Of a stretch of DNA of 64,000 bases, positions 34,095-45,943 are shown piece by piece; positions within the stretch are counted from its first letter, which is position 1, and each line of letters starts with the position of its first letter. The translations under genes were made by a program, and so were the position numbers. This stretch comes from Salisapilia sapeloensis CBS 127946. Its lineage: Eukaryota; Protista; Oomycota. The notes under the pieces were generated by a model. It searched no databases. It had not been told where the DNA came from and saw only the letters and a list, made by a program, of their open reading frames with translations. The stretch lies in assembly GCA_023334545.1 (NCBI GenBank), contig JAADVB010000054.1, forward strand, positions 24,063 through 88,062, given 5' to 3'.

Positions 34095-36357
34095 TTACTT
34101 GATCGGTTTGCGTTCAATCTCTTCGCCCTTGAGGATCTTGCCAATCTCAGCACCTGTAAGCGTCTCGTATTCGAGCAGTGCAGATGCCAAATTGTCCAAT
34201 TCCTTCTTGTGCGACTCTAAAATCTTCTTCGCGCGTTCGTACGACGCATCACAGATCTTCTTCACTTCTTCATCAATCATCTTCCGCGTCACACCACTCG
34301 TGTCGTTCTTGTTCAGATCGTGGAAGACCAGACCGACTTCATCGCTCATACCGTACTTGGTCACCATGACACGAGCAATGTTCGTGGCTTGCTGAATGTC
34401 CGACGACGCTCCACCCGTCACTTCCTCTGTACCAAATATCATCTCCTCGGCAATGCGGCCACCCATGCACACATCCAGCCTTGCCAATAGCTACAGCACT
34501 CGTGAGATATCGAGAGGAATATGTGTATATGGTCTGTCCTACCTGCTTTCGAGAGATGCTTGTCTGGTCTCCTTCCGGAAGCTGCGATACCATACCCAAC
34601 GCCTGTCCTCTTGGCATGATCGTCGCCTTGTATACAGGATGTGCGCCAGGCGTGTTCATCGCCACGAGCGCATGACCACCTTCATGGTACGCCGTGAGCT
34701 TGGCTGAGTCGGGTGTGATGAGCGCCGACTTGCGCTCGGCACCCATGAGGATCTTGTCTTTCGCGTACTCGAACGAGTCCATGTCCACGACCTCGGCATT
34801 CTTCATAGAAGCACGCAACGCGGCTTCATTGACAACGTTCGAGAGCTCGGCACCAGACATACCTGGCGTAGCACGTGCCAAGACATCAATGTCCACGTCT
34901 TCTCCAAGTGGGATTTTACCTGCGTAAAACTCTAGAATCTCCTTCCGACCAGCAACGTCTGGAAGCGCAACGTTTACATGCCTGTCGAAACGACCTGGAC
35001 GGATAAGTGCATTGTCCAGAACGTCAGGGTAGTTCGTTGCGCCGACGACAATGATTCCCTTGTTCTGGTCGAAACCATCCATCTCAACAAGAAGCTGGTT
35101 CAACGTCATCTTCATCGCCTGTTGCTCCTTGAGCTTCCGCGTACCTCCGATGGCATCAATCTCATCGATGAAAATGATGCATGGGCCTTTACGCTTAGCC
35201 TGTTCAAACAACTCACGCACGCGACGTGCACCGACACCAACGTACATCTCTTCAAACTCGGAACCAGAAGAGTAAAAGAACGGGACACCAGCTTCTCCGG
35301 CAATCGCACGCGCTAGAAGGGTCTTACCAGTTCCAGGCGGACCAGTGAGCAGCACGCCCTTGGGTAAATTACCACCGAGACGCGTAAACTTGCTCGGGTC
35401 TTTTAGGAATTTGACAATTTCTTCGACTTCTTCCTTGGCTTCATTCGCACCTTTCACGTCCGAGAATCGCTTGTCACTGCCGGATGGACCCATGACGCGA
35501 GAACCACCGCCCATCTTGCCCACTTTTTCATCCAAAAGCGCACCGAGAGCAGACACGACGAGGAAGGCGACGCCGAGCGTTCGCACTGTCTTCCAGAGGT
35601 TACTGCGGAAGCTGCCTTCGACCATGGAGACGTAGACAGGGTCGTTAGGGCTTCCTGACTTGAGGGCAGATGCAGCCGCACCGCCAGCACCACCCATGGA
35701 AGACGAGCCGGAAGAGAAACCTTCCATGGCTCCTAGACTTGACCGCATTTGCTGACTGCCGGCGAGTGCTTGGGGCATATCCATAGCATCGATCCGTCCA
35801 GTTCTACACCAGATCCAAGTCAGGTATGGTGTTGTGTGTATTTAAATGTACAACGTACTTGACAAGGGCCTTGAGGTATTCTTTCTGTACGGCTTCATCT
35901 ACAGCATAACGACCTTCTTCGACGCGTCGAATGACTAGGTTCGGATAGTCCTTGTTTAGTTCTTTGAGGAATCGGAGTTGTCGGTATGCGTCCTCCGAAT
36001 TGCGGTTGGCATCCTGTTCCAATTGCTTTAGATGCTTGACCTTGCTCCTCTTAGTCAAGTTCAGCAACGAACGCGTAGAACCGATGTTAGATGTCGGTAC
36101 GCTTTGCTTTGTCAGGAGATTAATGCCGTTTGCTACATCGCGACGACCGGCATGAATCGTTCCTATAGCCACACCATCATTATAGTTAGTCCTCTGCAGC
36201 ATACGACTAGTTTGCAAGCATGATGAAGCATGATATACCGATCGAGATCGGATATGAATGCAGATAGGAGAATGTTCTAGAGTCTAGTGTGTGGCGTGAA
36301 TGTACCTGTAGGAATCGTAGCAGCAAGTCGATTGATGAGGGTTCGAGGGCCTAGCAT
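34095..36357 (-). CDS. YME1: Mitochondrial ATP-dependent zinc metalloprotease of the FtsH4/YME1 type, multi-exon
   Basis: [45 protein letters not shown] (HExxH) and GGRIAEE...GASSDI. Probable ATG at 36357 ([13 protein letters not shown], resembling a presequence). Confidence 0.93.
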
Positions 36358-36489
36358 CACGGTCGTTTCCAGTCGCAGAGAGTGTAGGTGGCCGACGCAA
36401 GGGACTTGACGACGATGTCTTGCCTTCCAACGATCGCGCGGTGAGAACGCTTTGAGTGTGCTCGATTTTATGCTATCGACATTCGGCGT

Positions 36490-36780
36490 TTGTCATTGGC
36501 TGAAATGCAGAAGTCATAGGAGATTGGATTGGCGCGAATGTTGGTGAGTCGCATGGAGTTATCTTCATAGCAACTTCGTTTATCGTTGATTTGGATCGAG
36601 TTTGTTGATGAGGAGACTTGAATTAATGAACGACGGGGTTTTTATATGGATGCTTAGTGGTGATTGGATGCTTGAGCGTCGATTTTAGTTAGATAGGAAT
36701 TGAAGTATATTGATTTGGTAATTTGGATATGATTTCGGATTGATTAGCTACTTGATGATTTATAAGGGAAGAGCATTGGA
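36490..36780 (-). promoter_or_regulatory. Cluster of CCAAT boxes in the FtsH/homeobox divergent intergenic region
   Basis: ATTGG on the + strand at 36495, 36523, 36528, 36663 and 36775, all in the same orientation, within a G/T-skewed tract. Confidence 0.4.
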
Positions 36781-37373
36781 GTAGATGTGGTACGTCAGCG
36801 CTCTTCCTACAAAGACAAATAGTGAAGGCTAGTAGACACATACAAGGGAACTAGCGGATAAATGTAGCTTCTTTCTTGGTTGTGAAGTTCCCACGTTAGT
36901 GCCTCCCGCCAACCATAGGCCAAGAGATAACAAGAGCCAAGAGGTACAAAGCAAGACACTGTCTAGGAGATCGAGATAAAAAGTGTGTGTGAGTACAGCA
37001 CAATCTACGTTTGACTCCATTCTGGAGACATGTTTACTGAGGTGAAGCGTGATTTGTTGTTTGCTAGTCTCTGGATGTGATGAAAGCCAAAGACTGACCT
37101 TATGCATGCATTTGCAGCTTGTGTCAATCTCCAACCTTCTTCAAATAGCCTAAAAGATAGAAATGGACAGAAGAGACTATGTTGATGTGAAGAGCGTGGG
37201 GTATGTCGTAAGCTGTCAAAATGCCGCTCAAGTCCTTTCAAAGAAAGCACGGCGTACTTTCATCGTCACATTCGTTCTCACGTCTTTCTGCTTACACCTC
37301 TTTCATGACGTTCCCAAACACAAGCACCTGCACGACGGAGAAGAACAGACCTGGGGGGAACTATCGAGATCCG

Positions 37374-38234
37374 ATGTCCAATAATGACAGTAGCGAGTCG
37401 TTTAAAAGCGATGCCAACACTCCATCTCAACTCGCGCGGCCTTCATCTCCTCCTCAGCCAGCTCCATCGACGACAATCATAGCGGCTGAGCTACAAAGTC
37501 TCAGTCATGAGCTTGAGATGGAAATGCGTGATGCAATTAACACCATTCCGAGAATGTCGCTACCTATGACTTCGCCACTTCATACGACAGTGGAAGCATC
37601 AAGATCTCGTCTCATGGCAGATAAGCACATGCAGAACTTGGCTCTTCGCCACGACTTACTTTCATACGAACGATTCCTTCCTAGCAATGGGCAAGATTGG
37701 AGCATGCCTAGTACATCAAGAACAACCAGCATGGCCTCTCTTCATGGTGCGGACGAAACGAAACTAAAGGAGCTGTTAGCTGGATTGAAAATGATCGACG
37801 ACTCTAAAGTCAAGTCAGCTTACGAGATCGAAGCAAAGGCGATACTAGAGCGTATCAATGCCCAGCAATCGCGTAATGAGCAGGTTACCGCGAGGACGAT
37901 GAATCGATCGATGTTCGCAGGTGCGCTCAATGACTCGCAGCCAAGGCGACGAACGAGTCTTTCCAAGCATGCAAAACAAGTGCTGCGCTCGTGGTTCGAA
38001 GACCATTTGCATCACCCGTACCCGACAGAAGACGAAAAAGAGACGCTTGGACAGGATGCAGGTATCACGTTGGACCAGGTGAACAACTGGTTTATCAACA
38101 CGCGAGGCCGGAAGTGGAAACCCATGCTCGCGAAGCTTTTGCAAGAGAAGGAAGCTGGCTCAAGTGAACTGTACGACCAAATGATCGATAGGATCCAGCA
38201 GCCATATCGCCAGACACCAGGCGCACGAAAATAA
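37374..38234 (+). CDS. TALE-class (homeobox KN) homeodomain transcription factor
   Basis: RRRTSLSKHAKQVLRSWFEDHLHHPYPTEDEK...QVNNWFINTRGRKW, with the TALE PYP loop. Start is uncertain (37163 spliced, 37221, 37305 or 37374). Confidence 0.9.
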   Translation: MSNNDSSESFKSDANTPSQLARPSSPPQPAPSTTIIAAELQSLSHELEMEMRDAINTIPRMSLPMTSPLHTTVEASRSRLMADKHMQNLALRHDLLSYERFLPSNGQDWSMPSTSRTTSMASLHGADETKLKELLAGLKMIDDSKVKSAYEIEAKAILERINAQQSRNEQVTARTMNRSMFAGALNDSQPRRRTSLSKHAKQVLRSWFEDHLHHPYPTEDEKETLGQDAGITLDQVNNWFINTRGRKWKPMLAKLLQEKEAGSSELYDQMIDRIQQPYRQTPGARK

Positions 38235-38302
38235 CTAGCGATTGTAATCAGATTTGCCCATTCCTCCATTTTTCACTCTAGTCTCCGTGACGCTTAAGTA
38301 GC

Positions 38303-39558
38303 ATGATATCATGTCGGTCGATCTATGCGACGCATCAAGTTCTGTTGCTTGGTCAATTCATCTCGGTGCTTATAACGTGCACAGGCATCTTCACACAGAT
38401 TCTGAACCAGTCTTATGAGGTAGAGATTGATACAGGCTATTGGTTGTGGAGATATCGATGGTTGTCGTGACATGCTAGATTCAAATCCCAGTCACCCAGA
38501 GCGCTGGTAATTACTTGTTGTTATGTATGTACTTGGTATATCCTGTATGGCAGGCTACGCGCAATGCAGACTACAAACTCGAGGCAGGAGTCGAGTACTT
38601 TGGAGCGTAGATGTGTTTGTCTAATGCATTTAGTAGATTGCATGGTGGAAATACTTGCTGCTAGCCCTCGCGGATGTCGAAGGAAACTTTTTAGTTGTCT
38701 GTGCCTATAAGTATACATCTATCGCCAGTGCGATGCTGCTAGATTGCTTTACTATACCCGTCGTCATGCTCCTCTCCGCTATATTCCTCCAAGCCAAGGT
38801 GACCATCCTCTTTCCTTCCAATTATGGCCAATTCTCACTTTTGGTCCCAGTACACGCCGAACCACTATGCTGCTGTCTTACTCTGCCTCCTCGGCATTAC
38901 CCTGTTGGTGTACTCGGACTTGGAGAACCAACCGCATATCGGAGCAGCAAACGATACCTCTCTTCCGTCCAAGATCTACGGAGACGCTTTGTGTCTGCTA
39001 GGAAGTGCCATCTACGGCTGCTCGAACGTTGGGCAAGAGTATTTGGTGAAGAAGAAAGATCGACGAGTAGAGTTTCTAGGTATGATTGGTCTCTTCGGCT
39101 TTCTCGTCAGCAGCATCCAAGCTGCTGTCTTTGAAGAGCACATCCTCGCTGGCATCCACTGGTCTTCTATCTATGCCTCTCTAATATCCAAAGACTTACC
39201 AGTGTCTATAGGACGGACGGTAGTGCAGCTTGTCTCGCTGGCTACGTGGTAACCTTGTTCATCATGTACACAAGCACCTCGGTACGTCTTCCTATATAAT
39301 CCTGCAGCTTCATGGACTACAGCGCACGAGTAGATCTTCCTACAGTCAGGTGATGCGGCTGTGTTCAATCTGTCTCTCCTCACCTCCGATTTCTTTGCAG
39401 TCGTTGCGGCCAAGTTTCTTTTCAACGAAGAGCTCACGAGTCTCTACTTTGTCGGCTTCGTTCTCATCATCCTTGGTATCGGTCTGTACAACAACGTTCC
39501 GACAGTGCAGGCGGTAGAAAGTGAGGAAGTAACGACTCAACTCCTTGTAAAAACGTAA
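38303..39558 (+). CDS. SLC35F1/F2-like (DUF914) solute carrier, multi-exon
   Basis: LLGQFISVLITCTG, DVEGNFLVV.AY.YTSI.S..LLD, GD.LCLLGSAIYG.SNV.QE and FNLSLLTSDFFAV. Several GT-AG introns. Confidence 0.88.
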
Positions 39559-39622
39559 ACGAAAGCATTGGATTAAAGATTCAAATGGATTGAATCAAAA
39601 GCTCTACGCCTTATCAAATGCA

Positions 39623-40234
39623 TCATTCCTCTTCCTTCTTGACGTCCAGGCCTTCGAGAGACTTGGCAGCTTCGTCGCCGGCGGATGTGTCCTCAGCATC
39701 GGCGCCTTCCTCCAGCTTCTTGTTGTTCTCCTTGGCATCGTCGTGCGCTTCCTTGAACTTTTGAGCGTTCTCGGCGTTGGCGAAACGGAGGGCAAAGACC
39801 TGCGTCTCGATCTCCCCTTCGCTAAAGTCATAGCAGGAGAAGACCCACGCACGGTCGCTGCCCATGTTCGGCGAGAGCTCCGTACGGCTTTCCACGACGT
39901 GGTTGATGATAATTTTATGCGTACGCTCCTGACGCATGAGCATACGGATTTTTTGGCGTTCCTTGTGCTTCAAGAAACGGACGTCACCGACACCACGCTC
40001 GGTCCAGGACTTCTTGCCAGTTCCCTTGTCGAGCAGAGATTCACGGTAGCAAAAGAGCTTGGCACGAATTTTGAACACGACCTCTTCGTCTTCTTCTCCA
40101 GAAACGACTTCGACCTCGTCGAGCTTCACGACAGGCTCAAAGTAGGCCTGCGGTTCCTCATTCTCCGGATCCTTCTCGACCTCCGTGGACGTTTCCTGCT
40201 TGACCTCTTCGTCTTTCTTCTCTACCTCGGACAT
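39623..40234 (-). CDS. RANBP1: Ran-binding protein 1
   Basis: FEPVVKL.EVEV.SGEEDEEVVFK.RAKLF, W.ERGVGDVRFL, IRMLMRQERT.KI..NH and FALRF...ENA. Start MSEVEKK at 40234. Confidence 0.95.
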   Translation of the reverse strand: MSEVEKKDEEVKQETSTEVEKDPENEEPQAYFEPVVKLDEVEVVSGEEDEEVVFKIRAKLFCYRESLLDKGTGKKSWTERGVGDVRFLKHKERQKIRMLMRQERTHKIIINHVVESRTELSPNMGSDRAWVFSCYDFSEGEIETQVFALRFANAENAQKFKEAHDDAKENNKKLEEGADAEDTSAGDEAAKSLEGLDVKKEEE

Positions 40235-40400
40235 GCTGCTTCTCGTGGCAAAATGGGTGGAATGGGGGGATATTGTCAGCCAACAGGTCACCTGATATAG
40301 GAAGTAGTCGGTAATTGGTGGAGGGGGAGCGCTCGTGAGTGTGATTGGCCAGTCGGCTCTATACAAATGGCTACAGTACGTGACACTAAACCGACACACG

Positions 40401-43400
40401 ATGGAACAAGATGAAGTATGGCGACTACTTCGGCGATTAAGATGGAATATCGGCGTTGGTCATGCGAATGATGGATTAAAACAAGTTGCTAGTGGATATG
40501 AAAGATTATTGGAAAAAGTAGGTGGTGATAGAGAGCTTGTATGGTGCATTGGAGTGACTTTTGCGATTTATTATGTAGAGAGAGCGGAAGGGGAGCTTTG
40601 AAGAGGAGAATGTGGAGCGATTTAGGAACATGCAATCCAGAATTGACGAAAAGGAGCAACTGTACGTGTTGTATTATGCGTTCTAGTGAATACAAAAGTG
40701 GTAATGGAGCGTATTCTAGGTATGACTTACTCCACTACTCGAACGATCTTTTGGATCGATACCTTGCATCCGCCCAACACAGTAAGCACACATTGCACCC
40801 TTCGTTATCCAATTGATATATACTAACAGTAGAATATAGCACGAGAATTGCCTATGCACGAAATGCTGTGCCTCCTGTTATCCTTGGCTAAAGACGATGG
40901 CATGTCATGTTCGTCATCAGATCTCATGCAAACACAGGTTCATGAGTTTGAAAGAATGGGTGATCGACTGCAAATGTCAAATGACCAGCTCATTCGAAGC
41001 TCACAAGTCCTTTTCGATGCTCATCAAGCTCCTCTTCAGGACGATTCCCACCTTTCCAGCAAGAAACGTTTGGAGCTAAACGATGTGTCAACCACATTGT
41101 GGGATGAGAGACAAAAAGATGATACGTACGCTCCCATTCCTTTCGGACAGGTATATATACATGTTTGTTCTTTACAGCCTCGCGATACTATGTCAATTGT
41201 AGATGGAAACAGCATTCTTTACACTCGCCATGGAGCAAACATCCGAGGACGAATCTCAAGAGGATTCAAGTGTGTCTGACAAGTCACAAGATGCTGCAAG
41301 TGATAGCGCCAATTTAATGGATGAGCCCTATGATGCACCGAATATAGCACTTTTCGACATCACGAGAAAGCTCGATCAAGAATATAACAGCAAAGTAGAC
41401 GATGACTGGAGTTGCAGGACGTCCAGTACGTCTGGAGATGAGTGGAACGCTCCGGAAAAGTCTGTTAACGAAAGAGAGAGTGCGAGGTGGGAAAATGTCG
41501 GATATCGTAGTCTAAATCCACCTCGTCAGAAACTGGGGCATCCAGATCCGTTAGTACATACACAGCCAAGTAGGACAGATGCAGACATTGTAGATGTATA
41601 CGAAGCAGACTTGGTGCAGGTACGACATACTTATAGATGTATTTACATAGTCCACTGACGTATTATCATAGGATTCTCTCCTAGCGTTATGTGGAGTCGA
41701 GTCTTTGATCTATCGAAAGAGTCGGCATTCAGCATCTCTACATCTTCCTAGTCGCATTAACCTCCGATTGGGCAGTGGCGCAGTCACAAGTCTACATTCA
41801 GCTTTAAAGGTATGTATATTTAATAATCTTACCTGCATGTTCAATCTGTTTATTTCTGTTGAGATAGATATTCCGTGATGCAGGGACTCTCTTCTATCGT
41901 CTAGAGCTCTTTGCTACGTTCTACTTACAGGATACTGCGAGAGGAGAGCGTACACTAGCTGCTCTCTCATCTGCTCTCTTATCCTACCTGCGACAGTGTG
42001 CGGTAGGCTACATACACTTCTATAGATACGATGGATAAGCTGATTGTAGTGTGCTGGCGTGTAGAGCACTGTTCAAGCGATGTCGAGACATGCGAAAGAA
42101 AAGGGCTATTCTTTCTCCCAAACCTTGATTACCTCCCGACAGCTCTGTCGACAGCTTCATTCCCTCGGAACATGCCTTAAACTAGACACACAGGACTTTT
42201 GGCCATTGCTGACTCAACGTACGTTTGATAAGAGTGTTTAGCTTTATAAAAGCTAATGCTGTCTGTAGGGAAATATCATTACGGACTTGATCTTCTGAAC
42301 TATCTTCATGACCAAGTGCTGCTGAATGAAAGAAGTGATGCAGATGGCAAATTGAGCCCATTGATTAAATGGCTTTTTGTGAAAGCTAGTACTCCATTCT
42401 TTGAGATATTGGCAGAGTTTCTATCGAGTGGAGGCGTTTGCGACTGGTCTGATCCGCATGTACGTATACCTATTATCTTATTCCTTCTAGCTAGTACTCA
42501 TATCGGGGTAGAATGAATTTGAGTTAGCCAAATGGAGTCGTCGGGCAGGGGAATGGTATCAGACTGTGCCTGACGAGACTGCGATATGTCAACTAGTGCC
42601 GTCATTTTTATCCAAAGCCTCCCTGGAGGTTATTCGTATTGGGAGACTGCAGAAAGCGTTAATGGAGCTGTGTGAAGCATACCGAAGAGCAGTCAAGGTA
42701 AGACCTGACCTTTTGTCATGCACAGGACGCGGCGGATGCTAATGGTTTGATATAGAAATCACATTTTACCTTGAGTCTAAGTGATGGTGAGGAGATTGTG
42801 CGTGAAAATATTCAAGTTAGGGAGCAGCTACTGGCTTATTTGGATGGCACACAAGTGTCTGAAGCCGATATGATAATGGAGGAAGGTGGACAGTCTGCTA
42901 GCAATACCTCGTTGGAATTTGATGACGCTTCAGCACAGATGGAGTTGCTACATGCTTGTACTCGCCCAATTCAAATTGATACTACGACTCCATCTGTGGC
43001 AATGGAATTTGCCGATGGAACATCCCACCAAGACCAAACATTCATCCAGAAGATCATTCACGATGTACTGTATAACTTTCTGTACTTGACTAGCAATCGC
43101 ACTGATGTCGTTGCAACTGTAGGAGACACAGAAGGAGTTAGATCTGACACCTTTGTATCAAACCATTCATCGCAACGTTGAACGTCCTATTCGTCAATTA
43201 GCTACGCGACTTGATCAGCTAACGACATCGCTCGTCTTGAAAGAGTGCTGCATTGTTTCACACTTAATGCGGTGGAAGAAGATGGTGTTGATGGGCGATG
43301 GGTACTGTGCAGACATCTTTGCTCGTCACTTGTTGAATGGGTTACAGTCAGAACGTCGAGGCGAGTGGGTCGTGTCTAGTCGACTTACAGCATCATTGTA

Positions 43401-44411
43401 TCTAGCCATGAATGAGGCACAAACGGACTTGGATGGAGAAAGCGAAGAGTCCTTTTACTTTGAACTGTCGTCTGAGTATGCTCATGGTACGTCTCTTCAT
43501 AGGTCTCTTGACTTTCTTTCGTCTGACGTTGCTGCTGTTGCAATAGATTTGATCCATTCGAATGTGAGTACGGATCTACCACGTCTGCTGAGTCACATCG
43601 CGCTCCAGTACAATTGTGGCAACAAGGACATGCTGAAAGGTATTCTTGGCGGTGAAAATGTAGAGCAGTACACACAGACATGGCGATTCCTCCTTCTTGT
43701 ACGCATCACTGGTCTCCAGATGAAGAAGTGCTGGCGGAACTTTCGTGTAGCTCAATCAGATACCTGCTCTCGATATACAATTGCAAGAGACGTCGTGCAA
43801 CGCATGTGTGATCGAGTGATTCATGACACGTTGCGACTAGTGACAGTCTTCCAGGACGTCTACGCAGCAGAGGTACGCTGTCTAAAGGCAATAAGTTTTA
43901 TTTAGATGCTCAACATGGTCATGTAGGTCTTGTATCAAGGTTGGAATGATCTTGAGATGGGAATGAAGAGCGCAAAGACATTGGATGAATTGGAGGTCGT
44001 TCATACTACATATATGCATCACGTCCAGACGAGTTGTTTCCTTCGACCGGAGCTAAAGGAGGTATGTAGTCTTGAAAGTAGTGGTCATGTATAGTACTAA
44101 TGTCTTCCTTCTGTAATCTAGCTCTATGATGCATTCACGAAGCCTCTTTTGTCTGCTTTACAACTGGCTCAAATCATTCGACGTGCTGGTGTGCGTCAAC
44201 TTAATGATGTCAAGGACGAGATCTTAACATTATCCACACAACACAAGTCTGCCATGGCAGATGTAGTGAAGATTATGAAAGCAGTGAGTGATCCAGACTT
44301 GAAACGCATCACATCGGTATGTCATACATGATGGTAGGTGTTGTAGACATGGGGTTAACGATATGCATGTAGACGATGGTCTTGCAACTGGACTTTAACG
44401 ACTATTATTAA
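40401..44411 (+). CDS. Gamma-tubulin complex component (Spc97/Spc98 family, GCP5/6-like), many exons
   Basis: LALCGVES, LF.KAS.PFF..L..FL..G, VPSFL......IG, ..LMGDG, QY...WRFLLLVR and a terminal LQLDFNDYY* (TAA 44409-44411). Numerous short GT-AG introns. Confidence 0.8.
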
Positions 44412-44491
44412 GACGAAAGCAATACGAAGGACCCCTTTTTAACAGTACCAATATCTTTTTTTACGACTCGCTACTGGCGAGGAATTTAACA

Positions 44492-45914
44492 TTAAGCGGC
44501 GGACGGCTGTGGTCTCGCCATTTTTGAAAGAGAGAGATCCATCACGTCTTCGTGTCTCCGTTTCCTTACTCGTCTCGACGGAAGGACGGTCGTTCGGACA
44601 TGAGACTCTGGCACGATGGCAAGGGGGTATTGGATTTCCGAGCAGACGACAGCCGTCTCTTGCTTGGAGTGAGATTGGAGGAGCTGAAGGATTGCCATCG
44701 TATCGTTGACAGAAGCGTTTGCGATGAGCATGACCCATTTGAGAGCAGCCAAGAGGTCGCTTTTAGTGTTGAATTGCGCCATGACGGTCGCCAAAGCAGC
44801 GGCTTCTCGCTCAGATTGCTTATAAGATACAAAAAGAGCAGCGGCCATTGCGACGGACGAAGGGTGGAAGTCGTTCACCCGTATATCTATTTGACACAGC
44901 TGTAAGTGACAAGATCTTGTAATGCATACATGGATAGACATACCTTGGACGCATTTGCGAAGGAGCAAGTTGGTGGACTTGGCGAGGGAGTCCTTCTTGT
45001 CCTGGCTTAGACTCGTCAGCGTCCATAGGGGAATGGAGTAGACGAAGGACGTAGGATTCTGAAGTCTCCACTGGAGAACTTGGACAAGTTCCAACTCTTT
45101 CGCAATGAGGTACTTGCGGTCGACGGTACCTTCTGCTAGATCAATCGCTTCCGCCTTTAAGATCCATCACAGATTAATGCCCGGTTGATATGTCGATAGA
45201 GAGGGCATCTTACCAGCAATAGCTGCTGGGTATGAGGCGATCCGTGGACTTTGGTGGCCATGACAATGCACACGAGGCATGCTAGACGTACTTCCAGCGT
45301 CGATTCAAACGTAATGGACGCTAATACTCTGTCGAGGTACTCGACAGCATACGCCATCGTCTCGTCCGGATATAGAAACTTTTCATGATCGCACAACTAG
45401 TCCAATCGAGATCAATTCCATGTCGATTGACAAGCATAAATATGCACATCGTACCCTTTCAAACATCCAGTCGACGAGAAACTTCCTCGTTGATATCGCT
45501 CGGTCAATACGTTGTTTATCAGCAATCACATTCGAGTTCATCTTGCGCTCGTTTCGCAAAGACGACGTGATCGAGTTCATGGCGAACGCGGCTGATGGTG
45601 GTGGTGGTGGAGGCACTGACGTCGGACATGCGTCTCCAGGACCTTCCGGTGTGAACATGTCATCGCCAGTAAGTTCCAATCTCGCCTCCAACTCCTTAAC
45701 GTCCGTCACCATAGTCCACAAGATGTCGACTAGCGAAGGAGCTGGCGAATGTGAAAGTGAGCTCCAGCTATTTTCAATGCCTTTACGCCATACAAACACC
45801 AAGAGGACAGAGATACTCTATTAAGTACGAGTTTCGTACTTAATGAAAGCGACATACCTTGGACGTAAGTAAGAGACATTCAGTGTAGTGTCGGCGCGGC
45901 GGCGGACTCGACAT
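44492..45914 (-). CDS. Cyclin-box protein, multi-exon
   Basis: RKFLVDWMFE, ETMAYAVEYLDRVL, LACLVCIVMATKV and ELELVQVLQWRL.NPT match cyclin N-domain helices. Start is either ATG 45914 (spliced) or ATG 45712. Confidence 0.8.
45820..45844. repeat. Perfect 11-bp inverted repeat ATTAAGTACGA-GTT-TCGTACTTAAT
   Basis: Read directly: arms 45820-45830 and 45834-45844 are exact reverse complements. Confidence 0.9.
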
Positions 45915-45943
45915 AGTGTCCGACTTGGTATTAATCATAAGAC

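Noticed and set aside
39590-40300. 236-aa + strand ORF opposite RanBP1
   Set aside because: Antisense shadow. Its Leu/Phe richness mirrors the Glu/Lys codons of RanBP1.
40235-40399. 54-55-aa N-terminal extension of RanBP1 in the track
   Set aside because: It crosses the shared promoter up to the GCP start. The conserved protein begins at MSEVEKK (40234).
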